Part shown: positions 11,001 through 20,406 of the stretch, piece after piece
Layout of the letters: each line of letters opens with the position of its first letter
Numbering within the stretch: position 1 is the stretch's first letter
Assembly (NCBI RefSeq): GCF_028641065.1
Contig: NC_073395.1
Span: 3,410,001-3,474,000 of the forward strand
Direction of reading: 5' to 3'
DNA: 64,000 nt
Source: Leucoraja erinacea
Lineage: Eukaryota
Translations under genes and position numbers: made by a program
The notes under the pieces: generated by a model
Told to the model about the DNA's origin: nothing
Database searches by the model: none
The model's input: only the letters and a program-made list of their open reading frames with translations

Positions 11001-14000
11001 CCGCTGGTCTGCTGAACGCATCGTGCATCTTTTGTTTTTTACTTTAGATTCCCAGCCTCTGCAACTTGTTTGATTTTCAACGAAGGGGCCATTGTTTTGG
11101 TTGTAGAACACAGAACAGTACAGCACAGAAACAGGCCCTTCGGCCCACAATGTCTGTGCCGAACATGATGTCAAGACCAACTCTTCCTTCTTCTTGGTTG
11201 GCGGCGCGACTCACCCGTTGCAGCGGCCCCTACAGCCTGTCTGTCTTTTTTTTATTTTTTGTCTAGTTAAATGTAGTGTTTGGTGTTTTTTAATAGTATT
11301 TTTAAATGTGTAAATGTGGGGGGAGGGGGAAACTGTTTAAATCTCTTCCCTGTCCGGGAGACCCGACTTTTTCCCTGTCGGGTCTCGGCTGTCGTTGGGG
11401 CCTAGCACCGTGGAGCGGCCTCCAGCCTGAACGAGCCGGGGGCTCGGGAGACTGCGGAGCTGCGGAGCTGCGGACTCACCATCGTCGGGGGTGGCCGGCC
11501 TCGGAGCGTGGGGAGCGGCGGTGACTCGCTGCTGCGACTCGACTCCTGGGGCTCGGAGGCTCCAGCAACGCAGCCGCAGGTCCGGTGGACTGTGACATCG
11601 GGAGCTCGCGGGTCTGGGAGGAGAGAGAGAGACCGCTTCCCGGAGCTCCCACAACGCGACTTCTCCAGCCGGTGTCACGGGGTTGGAACAACCCGGACCG
11701 GGACAGTATATCACCCGGCACGGCTTCATGGCCGTGGGACTCACCATCGCCCGTGGGGGTTCCAACCTTGGACTTTTCAGACCGGGAGCGGGGCCGTAAA
11801 TCGCCCCGCGCGGCCTAAAATGGCCGTGGGACTCATCATCGCCCGCCTGGGGCTTGGACATCGGGAGAGACACGGAGAACAGGGGAGAGAAAAGACTTGC
11901 CTTCCATCACAGTGGCTTCACTGTGATGGATGTTTGTGTGAATTTAATTATGTGTATGTCTGTAAGACAGTGTCTTTGTTTGTATGGCTGTGGAAACAAC
12001 ATTTCGTTTGAGTCTCACTGGGGCTCAAATGATAATAAATTTGTATTGTATTGTATTGTATTGTATCTGCCCGCACGTGATCCATATCCCTCCATTCCCT
12101 TGTTCCTATCTAAACGTCCCTTAAATGCCACTATCATATCAGCCTCCACCACCACCCCTGGCAGTGCATTCTAGGCACCCACCACCCTGTGTAAAAAAAA
12201 AAACATACCCCGCACATCTCCTTTAAACTTTGCCCCCTCACCTTAAATCTGTGCCATCTAGGCTTTGACATTTGACAGCCAGAGAAAAGGTTCTGAGTGT
12301 CTACTCTGTCCATGCCTCTCATATTTTTTTAATCAACTAATGTACAATAGGTTATAGATCATCTCGCGACTTACCGGGAAGCATATGATCAACAGGTCTG
12401 TGTGCTGGAAAAGATAACATAATTGAATTTAGATAACATCATCGCAGTTCGGATTTCAAAAGCAAATTGGGTCATTGTGAAAGTTGCAGTGAAAAGTCTG
12501 AAGTCAGACTGAAGAAGGGTCTCGGCCCGAAACGTCACCCATTCCTTCTCTCCAGAGATGCTGCCTGTCCCGCTGAGCTACTCCAGCATTTTGTATCTAC
12601 CTTCGATTTAAACCAGCATCTGCAGTTCTTTCCTACACGAGGCTACAAATGAGATTCGTATCCATGGAGTTGGGAGAAAAAATGTATCAAGCATTAATGC
12701 TCTCCGGCACCTACACTTGGAATATCGATGATGACAACGCTGACCTTTATTGGAATTCTGCATTCTATTCCGACTGTGATTCTACAGTGGTCTGTGTACA
12801 GACCTGTTAAGGGTCTGTCCCACCAGCATGTGACTGCATGCAGCAAGCGCGACCAAACCGGAAGCGGGGGCCGCGCGGAGGTCGAGTGAGTGGCGTGAAG
12901 TTCGAGTGAAGTCCGTGGGGAGTTCGCGCGTGACGTACGGCGTCAAGACGCTGCGTCTGGTGTCGAGACGCTGTGTATGCCCGTTGAGGCGGTGCGTACA
13001 GCGTTGAGGCGGCTGCGGGCCGGCAGGCTTTGACATTTGACAGCCAGGGAAAAGGTTCTGAGTGTCTACTCTGTCCATGCCTCTCATATTTTTTTTTATC
13101 AACTAATGTACGATAGGTTATAGATCATCTTGTGACTTACCGGGAAGCATAAGATCAACAGGTCTGTGTGCTGGAAAAGATAACATAATTGAATTTAGAT
13201 AACATCATCGCAGTTCGGAGATGGTGCCAAAAGCAAATTGGGTCATTGTGAGAGTTGCAGTGAAGTCAGGCTGAAGAAGGGTCTCGGCCCGAAACGTCAC
13301 CCATTCCTTCTCTCCAGAGATGCTGCCTGTCCCGCTGAGCTACTCCAGCATTTTGCGTCTATCTTCAATGTAAACCAGCTCTGTAGATCCTTCCTGCACA
13401 ATTTGGTTACCTGTTGTGTTCCTCCAGTTTAAGGGACCGCATATCCAATTATTGTTTCGCTAAATTAAAGTCTCCTTAACTCAAACTAAAGCTGCATCTG
13501 TGAAGCCCGATGACTGACTTATGAGTGGATCTTCCAAGACTATAGAAACATAGAAAATAGGTGCAAGGAGGCCATTCGGCCCTTCGTGCCAGCACCGCCA
13601 TTCATTTGGATCATGGCTGATCGTCCCCAATCAATAACCCGAGCCCGACTTCTCCCCATATCCCTTGACTTCACTAGCCCCTCGAGTTCTACCTAACTCT
13701 CTCTTACATCCATCCAGTGACTTGGCCTCCACTGCCCTCTGTGGCAGGGAATTCCACAAATTCACAACTGAAAAAGTTTTTTCTCACCTCAGTTTTAAAT
13801 GGCCTCCCCTTTATTCTAAGACTGTGGCCCCTGGTTCTGGACTCGCCCAATATATATATTCATTGGAGTCCAATAAAACGTAGAACATAGAACAGTACAG
13901 AATGGCCACATCTGTGCCGACCATGACGACACGTTAAACTGATCACCTCTGCCTGCTAGTGACCCGTATCCCTCCATTTCCTGCACATCCATGTGCCCAT

Positions 14001-15555
14001 CTAAAAGCCTCGTAAACAATGCCACTATCTTATCTGCCTCCACCACCACCCCTGGCAGCGTGTCCCAGGCACCCACCACCTTCTGCGTTAAAAAAATCTC
14101 TTTTAATCTGAAGAAGGGTTTCGGCCCGAAACGTTGCCCATTTCCTTTGCTCCATAGATGCTGCTGCACCCGCTGAGTTTCTCCAGCACTTTTGTCTACC
14201 ATCTCTTTTAAATATTGCCTCTCGCCTTAAACCTATGCCCTCAGGTTCTTAATATTTCCACACTGTGAGAAAGGATCTGACTGCCTACCCTATCTGTGCC
14301 ACAGAGGCTAGAGTTATGGAGGGACTTTTTAAACGAGATGATGTCTCCGGAATCAATTAACTTCAAGTATCCCATGTGAAATAAACTTAGGAATTCTCTT
14401 TCCACTTCCCAGCAAACAAGCCAAGTTCCAACTTCCTGCTTGGAGCTAATCAACCTCCAACCCACAACCAGTTCACAATCACAAATCAAACTGTACCTCA
14501 ACAATACTTAGGTAATGGTGATGGCCAGAACAATACAGTGATCTCCCTTCCATTTAATGTTTAGTTAAACTGCTGTTTCCCTGGCCACTTACTGAGTCAT
14601 AGTCGTACAGCATGGGAACAGGCCCTTTGGCCCAACTTGCCCACGTGGACTAACATGCCCCATCAACACTAGTCCCACCTGCCCGTGTTCGGCCCATATT
14701 CCTTTAAATCTAGCCCATCTATGTACCTGTTTGTTAAACGTTACGATAGTACCTGCCTCAACTACATCCTATGCTCACCACCCTTTGTGTAAACAAAGTT
14801 GCCCTTCAGGTTCCTATTAAATCTTTCTCCCCTCACCTTAAAACCTATGTCCTCTCGTTCTCGACCCACCTACTCTGGGCAAAAGACACTGTGCGTTTAC
14901 CCGATCTATTCCTCTTATGATTTTGTAAACCTCTAGACGATCGCTCCTCACCCTCCTGCGCTCCAAGGAATAAAGTCCTAAACTCTATTCCTTGGAGCGC
15001 TTCCTCCAGCACACTAATGCCCCTGTCCCACTTAGGAAACCTGAACGGAAACCTCTGGAGACTTTGGGCCCCACCCAAGGTTTCCGTGCGGTTCCCGGAA
15101 GTTTTTGTCAGTCTCCCTACCTGCTTCCACTACCTGCAACCTCTGGCAACCACCTGCAACCTCCGGGAACCGCACGGAAACCCTGGGTGGGGCACAAAGT
15201 CTCCAGACGTTTCCGTCAGGTTTCTGAAGTGCGACAGGGGCATTAGAAACATAGAAAATAGGTGCAGGAGCAGGCCATTTGGTCCTTCGAGCCAGCTCGA
15301 AGGACCGAATGGCCTACTCCTGCACCTATTTTCTATGTTTTCATTCAGTATCCACAGGAAAACACAGGAAAAACAGCCATTCAATATGATCATGGCTGAT
15401 CATCCAAAATCTTCCTCAGTGCTATCTTGAATGCAGACGACTGCTCTCTCTGAAGTGCCAGAGACTGGAGCACCAAGTCTAACCAAAGCATCTGCTGTAC
15501 CTGAAGGCACTCCATAGACACCAGCAACGAGAAGCAAAAGACTCAACACTCTCAT
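2009..15555 (-). CDS. Dermatopontin / hemagglutinin-amebocyte aggregation factor-like secreted protein, whole gene span. Join 15555-15501, 13170-13141, 12404-12375, (7459-7448 tentative), 7050-6972, 4586-4398, 3134-2982, 2054-2009; about 193-197 aa
   Basis: All exons are GT-AG with compatible phases (1,1,1,2,2,2). Product: MRVLSLLLLVAGVYGVPS-AHRPVDLMLP-AHRPVDHMLP-ENRWVNEFDDKLLYTCP...EDRMWDFKC...WSNYVNNFDEEFTFTCP...EDRRWKFYCC...WTDYLNLFDQYFSW...SYHDNYREDRRWKYQYCEQQAC*. Three D-R-x-W-x-F/Y repeats and the Cys pattern are hallmarks of the dermatopontin family. Confidence 0.9.
2484..2820. repeat. G/T-rich low-complexity tract following a hAT-like element start (tagggccacc, about 2247)
   Basis: Irregular poly-G/GT runs; source of the spurious Pro-rich and Gly-rich ORFs. 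Confidence 0.9.
2982..3134 (-). CDS. Dermatopontin-like exon (WKFYCCRVNKVCNTTCFWTDY...SYHDNYRE)
   Basis: ttttgtcag| acceptor, GA|gtgagt donor, 153 nt phase 2-2. Confidence 0.92.
4398..4586 (-). CDS. Dermatopontin-like exon (SQHHSYYEDRMWDFKC...HVNKHEDRR)
   Basis: gtgttgcag| acceptor, AG|gtactg donor, 189 nt phase 2-2, inside ORF 4178..4600. Confidence 0.92.
4680..6877. mobile_element. Cluster of CR1 LINE 3' fragments in both orientations plus a Rex/Babar-like fragment
   Basis: ORFs with LYRALVRPHLEYCAQFWSP and RRLRGDLIETYKILKG...RTRGHSLRI (CR1 ORF2 C-terminus). Confidence 0.9.
6972..7050 (-). CDS. Dermatopontin-like exon (ENRWVNEFDDKLLYTCPIFETISTIS)
   Basis: ctccgtttcag| acceptor, CAG|gtaagc donor, W-V-N-x-F-D..C-P family motif; not called by the ORF track. 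Confidence 0.9.
7073..7420. mobile_element. Penelope-type hairpin retro-insertion with five tandem 34-bp units
   Basis: gtttaagaagggactgcagatgctgg arm, then (gaaggaaataggcaacgtttcgggccgaaaccct) x5, then the inverted arm; ggagcacag occurs on both flanks. Confidence 0.75.
7930..8215 (+). mobile_element. tRNA-derived V-SINE (HE1-like); further copies near 17215-17605(-), 17955-18265(+), 24490-24770(-), 31120-31410(-), 33480-33770(-), 35895-36130(+), 51235-51400(+), 54540-54830(+)
   Basis: Pol III A/B boxes, conserved ggagtttgtacgttctccccgtgacctgcgtgggtttt core and CR1-like tail. Confidence 0.85.
8530..8815. mobile_element. MITE with GTCCCACTT / AAGTGGGAC TIRs
   Basis: gggtccgtcccacttgggcgatgttttgggcgact ... 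agtcgcctaaaaaatcacgtaagtgggacaagccc. Confidence 0.75.
8947..9990 (-). mobile_element. CR1 LINE, about 1 kb 3' fragment (degenerate RT and C-terminal region)
   Basis: LQGDLDRLGEWANVWQMQYN, KCEVIHFG and RDLGVMVHQSLK motifs with frameshifts. Confidence 0.92.
11195..12065 (+). mobile_element. GC-rich non-autonomous retroelement ending in (TTGTA)n; relatives at 26620-27330 (+) and about 3390-3720 (-)
   Basis: AATAAA plus microsatellite tail; shared gccttccatcacagtg and ggggaaac..ttaaatctctt blocks between copies. Confidence 0.6.
12375..12404 (-). CDS. Dermatopontin-like 30-nt microexon copy B ((A)HRPVDHMLP)
   Basis: atcttttccag|CACACAGACCTGTTGATCATATGCTTCCCG|gtaagt, phase 1-1. Confidence 0.7.
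13141..13170 (-). CDS. Dermatopontin-like 30-nt microexon copy A ((A)HRPVDLMLP)
   Basis: atcttttccag|CACACAGACCTGTTGATCTTATGCTTCCCG|gtaagt, phase 1-1, no stop. Confidence 0.7.
15018..15242. mobile_element. MITE with TGCCCCTGTCCCACTT TIR, flanked by TAA/TTA (Harbinger-like)
   Basis: tgcccctgtcccacttaggaaacctgaacggaaac ... gtttccgtcaggtttctgaagtgcgacaggggca. Confidence 0.75.
15501..15555 (-). CDS. Dermatopontin-like gene exon 1 (signal peptide MRVLSLLLLVAGVYGVPS)
   Basis: acaATG start, hydrophobic core, V-Y-G cleavage-type motif, donor CAG|gtacag, phase 1, TATA box about 62 nt upstream. Confidence 0.85.
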
Positions 15556-15584
15556 TGTTCCAGATCCAAGAGTTCACACCAGTT

Positions 15585-15622
15585 AACTGAGTGCAGGAGG
15601 GGCATTTACACCAGCATTTATA
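15585..15622 (-). promoter_or_regulatory. TATA box (TATAAA 15622-15617) and Inr-like TCAGT near 15588 of the dermatopontin-like gene
   Basis: Minus strand reads gggTATAAAtgctgg...cacTCAGTtaac, about 30-34 nt apart and just upstream of the ATG. Confidence 0.7.
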
Positions 15623-16462
15623 CCCAGGCAAAATATTTCCAACAGCTGCCTCTTTAAACATTAATCGGCTGTGTGTATCGGTGGTTCAAAATCCCATTAA
15701 GCGCAGGTGCTGTGGGGAAAGTCAACATCCCAATCTTTGAGAAATTGCTAAGTAGGAAAATAGTACGACAGGCATATTATTATTTTTGAGAGGACAGGAA
15801 TACATTTTGCTCAGAGCATAAACAAACCTTCAATTATTCATTTTACTGAGATACTGGGAAGATCATCAAAGACCCCTCACACCCCAACCATGGACTGTTT
15901 GCCCTCCTCCCATCAGGGAGGCGTTACAGGAGCCTCAGGTCACGTACTAGTAGGATGAGGAACAGCTTCTACAACAACACAATCACATTGCTGAACTCGG
16001 AGTCCCGCCGATAGATTTCTCCAGTCCCTCCGTCCCCTTTGTTTAATTATTCTGTATTTCCTGATTATTCTGTATCTTCCCTCTTTCTATTTTTTTTTGT
16101 TTTCTTTATGTACAACTACTACGGACTGACGCAAAACTGCATTTCGTTGTACTGATACTTGTATTTGTGCGATGACATTAAAGTTGAATTGAATTGAATT
16201 CCAGCCCCAATGTTCATTTGGTCATCTGATGGTGGATTACATTCTTCCCCCCTTGCCTCTTCACAAGTTCAGTAAGATCTCCCTTCTGTCAATGTGTGGC
16301 TTAGTCACAGTGTCCCAGACACATTGGCCAACAGCTTATCTTGTTCAGCAGCACAACCAAGGTCCTTCTATTCCTTTGAACCGCTCTCCATTGACTCCTT
16401 CTGCACTTGGTGGAGCTTTGGAATAAGCAGCCAACACAAACAAAGACTTGTCCCACACTCGT

Positions 16463-16703
16463 GTTTAAGAAGGAACTGCAGATGCTGGAAAATCGAAGGT
16501 ACACAAAAAATGCTGGAGAAACTCAGCGGGTGCGGCAGCATCTATGGAGCGAAGGAAATAGGCAACGTTTCGGGACGAAACCCTTCCGGGTTTCGGCCCG
16601 AAACGTTGCCTATTTCCTTCAGGGTTTCGGGCCGAAACGTTGCCTATTTCCTTCGCTCCATAGATGCTGCTGCACCCGCTGAGTTTCTCCAGCATTTTTG
16701 TGC
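16463..16703. mobile_element. Penelope-type hairpin insertion with 17-bp TSD, nested in a Rex/Babar-like LINE tail
   Basis: TSD acttgtccca(c/t)actcgt at 16446-16462 and 16704-16720. Confidence 0.8.
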
Positions 16704-19700
16704 ACTTGTCCCATACTCGTCGGGCAGGAGGTACAGAAGCTTGAAAGCGCGCACCACCAGACTCAGGAACAGCTTCTTCCCCTCTGTTATCAGGCTTCTG
16801 AACGGTCCTTCCATACGCTAGGGTGCTGTCCCATTCACCTCTACCCCATTGTGGACATTGGACTTTGTCTGTGGAACTGATGCGCTACAATGCTGAGAAC
16901 TAGATTCTGCATTCTGTATCTTCCCCTTTGCTCCACCTATTACACTTGACTTTGAACTGGTCATATTTATGTATAATAGTATTTAATCTGTTCAGATAAC
17001 CTGAAAATCAAAGCTTTTCACTGTACCTCACTCAGTACATAAGCCTAATGTAATGTGATTTCTTTGCCTTGCCTGCCCATCAAAAAACATATTTTTTCGA
17101 TTTTTTCAAGAACCTGATCAATTCTTTAATATCTTCCTGTTCCTACGATTTCCTACCTCATCATGCCCCCTGCATTTAAATCCGGATCACTGATATATAT
17201 TAAAATCCATTTTTAGGTTTAGTTATACAGCATGGAAACAGGCCCTTCGACCCACCGAGCCCATGCCGACCAGCGATCACCCGCACACAAGTTCTAACCT
17301 ACACACCACGGACAATTTACAGAATACAATTAACCTACAAACCCGCACGTCTTTGGAATGTCGGAAGAAACCAGAGAAACACCACATGGTCACGGGGAGA
17401 ACGTACAAACTCCGCACAGACAGCACCAGTAGTCAGGATCAAAGATACTGGAGGAGCAAGATGGACCACTAGGCGAAAAAGCCGTAGTTGGTCATGGGTG
17501 ATTTTTTTTGCACCATTTTGGGAATCAAATATCTAGTATTTAGGTCAGGATCGAACCCGGGTCTCTGGCACTGCAAGGCAGCAACTCTACTGCTGTGCCA
17601 CTGTGTGGGACTAAACTCAAGCCACCTGGAAGCTCATTGCTTCTAAGTCTCTGATCACTTCCCACTGATTATTTGCCTTTGCTTTCTATAACTTTTTGTA
17701 GAAATAAAGATATTAATATTTAGGGTTCCTGAGATTCAGGAGCGCTGGGGTGAGAGGAGATTCATTGACATGTGGTTGAGTTGGAGTGGACAGGTTCTGC
17801 CAAGCTCCATTCTTTCTTCTCCTCCTCATTGAAATCTTAAGTGAGGCAGGTGCAGCTGAATGAATGTGGAATCAAGGTCCCAGGGTATAACTCAAGTCAA
17901 TGGGCATCAAGAGGAAAATGCTTCAATGGTTGGAGTCTTATCTCATTTAAACGGGACATTGTGGCGCAGCAGTAGAGTTGCTGCCTTACAGCGAATTCAG
18001 CGCATGAGACCCGGGTTCCATCCCGATTACGGGCGCTGTCTGTACGGAGTTTGTACGTTCTCCCCGTGACCTGCGTGCGTTTTCTCCGAGATCTTCGGTT
18101 TCCTCCCACACTCCAAAGACGTGCAGGTTTGTAGGTTAATTGGCTTGGTGTATGTGTAAAATGTCCTTTGTGTGTGCGTGTGTGTAGGATAGTGTTAATG
18201 TGCAGGGATCACTGGTGGATGCAGACCCCCTGGGCTGCAGGGCCTGTTTCCGTGCTGTATCTCTAAACCTAAAGGAAGATGTTTGTTGGTTATTATCAAT
18301 TAGCAACAGCACATCGCTGAAGCTGTCATTCAGTAAGTCCTAACCAGAAATGTCACCTCCCACAGACGCTGCCTGACCCACTGAGTTCCTCCAACACTTT
18401 GGTTTTTGCTCATAATTCCAGCATCTGCAATTTTGTGGGTCTGTCGATTAAAAATGTCATCGGTTTGAACAGAGGGCAAATGTTTTGGGGTTTTTTCAAA
18501 TCCATAATAAAAACACATACCTTCTCGTTTACATTTGCTTAATTTATAAAATACACTTTCCACAGTCAATTTGCATTGGAATAAATCACACAATGGCTTC
18601 ATAATAGATACTAATGAATACAAACCAGACAAAGTATAAATCACAATGGCATATTGAGGTGTGCAAGTATGGATGGAGGGCAGACATAACACAGGCAATA
18701 AAAGGTATCCACCATTGTCATGGGTTAAATATAGGCATTTTACTGCAGCTAAGATTTGGCTAAAAAAACAATGCTGAAATGTTTATAAAAATGATCAGGA
18801 TTTAAAATAAAAACCCTGCATTTTAAGATGTCGTGAAGTGCATTCTCTTTGCCACAAAATCCTAAGTTATATAAATAAAGAATATACTTATTAGTGTCAT
18901 ATGGGGACAATGTACAAACAGAAGCATGGAGAGGAGAAACACAAGAGGCAGCAGCACATCAAACAAATGTGACATCGAAGGGTGGGCTGTGTGGCGGTGA
19001 GATTAGAGTAAGGATATAATCACACACTATATTTGAGCTGGTGGTAATGGGGAGAGGGAAAAGATCTGCAGACCATGCGGACAACATTGAAGACCACACA
19101 AGATAATGCACACATTTGGAGGGCAACACATCGTGTTCAACACAAAAGGCCACTGGCAGGAATGTGTTTCGAGGCAGCAATACGTCGAGTAACTCTATAT
19201 AGCACGAGCACAGAGGCAGTTAAGTAACAGCACATGATTCTGGGTGTTCTGCTGTCGAAACACACCAAATATTATTGTCAGTTTCTATTATTTTCGACGC
19301 TGATGGTAGATAACTAGACAGAGAGCAAGGCACAAGCCCTAACACGTACAGATTAATTTAATCAAAACCAGCCTCATTTTCTGCGTCTGAGTGTTTAACT
19401 GGGTACCATTCCGGCTACAACATGGGGAGCAGAACTGATAATCAGATGCCTCTCTTGGAAAGCTGTGCAGCAAGTATTGTGCCTCAATGTGGAAACGTAG
19501 CCACATACTGTGCCACACCAACTTGCAGTTATATGGAACATGTGATGTGGAAAAACAAATTCTCAAGGTGTCGGAACGGAAAGAACCTTGACATGCTCAG
19601 CTATCGGGCGGGATATCCCTGTTATGTTACGCCAGGACTCTTCATCCTGTTAATTAACATCCACCTCTTCGCCAGTAGTGTTTTCCTGTGGGTGCCGAAT

Positions 19701-20272
19701 GAAAAGGCGGCTCAATTTACCAGCTCTGGGCAACCTGAGGAACGACTAATTGAACGAGGTATTGGGAAGCACTGATGTCTTTGGAACGGAGATCCGGCAA
19801 TGTAATACTGCCTTTGATGAAACTAGGGTAAATAAGGCTCTGTGGATCAAAATAGGATCTTCAAGCATCGTCATTCCGGCCATTTGTTTGTGACATAATT
19901 TAAAGGAGTGCTGCCTGTTTCACCTAATGCCAAATTGGATCCTACTTTTTAAGATAGCTCCCATTTTGTTTCTGTGGGCAAACATGAACAGTGATATTTT
20001 GATCCACATGACAATTTGGCAAAATATCTTATTCAAGTACAGCAATGTAAAATACAGTGCATTAATAGCATAATCAAACTGCCATGATTGCTAGGCCACT
20101 TGGGAATATATTTCTGATATTCGGAGATTTTTTATTGTTTTTTTTAATCTATTTTTGATTTAAACCAAGTCCATAGTAAATCTACTTGCATGATTGCAAC
20201 AAATCCATAGTCCTTTGTGAGGCTGCTTCAGAGATATGTCCCTTTGTGTCCTTCTGTAATCCACTGATGTTG

Positions 20273-20406
20273 TCATTCGCACGCTAATTTACTGTCAAAA
20301 CTGGACAAGCCGATTGCAAAGGCCTGCAGTGCACACATGGGATAATTGTAGTCCAGTGTAAAGACATCTTCTGCCACGCGTCCAAACTGCATCACAATGT
20401 AATCAG
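20273..20406 (-). CDS. TULP3: TULP3 last coding exon ([44 protein letters not shown])
   Basis: caccccacag| acceptor, canonical tubby C-terminus; about 1.8 kb of repeat-free AT-rich sequence follows (probable 3'UTR to about 18450). Confidence 0.96.

Larger units (their letters stand above)
12261..13380. repeat. Local tandem duplication (period about 766 bp) carrying the microexon; third partial paralog at about 10490-10755
   Basis: ggctttgacatttgacagccag starts at both 12261 and 13026 with near identity over about 350 bp; 12600-12800 matches 10570-10750. Confidence 0.9.

Noticed and set aside
17432-17551. About 100-bp insert splitting a SINE, flanked by gtcaggatc
   Set aside because: Looks like an ordinary nested insertion with a 9-bp duplication; no identifiable content
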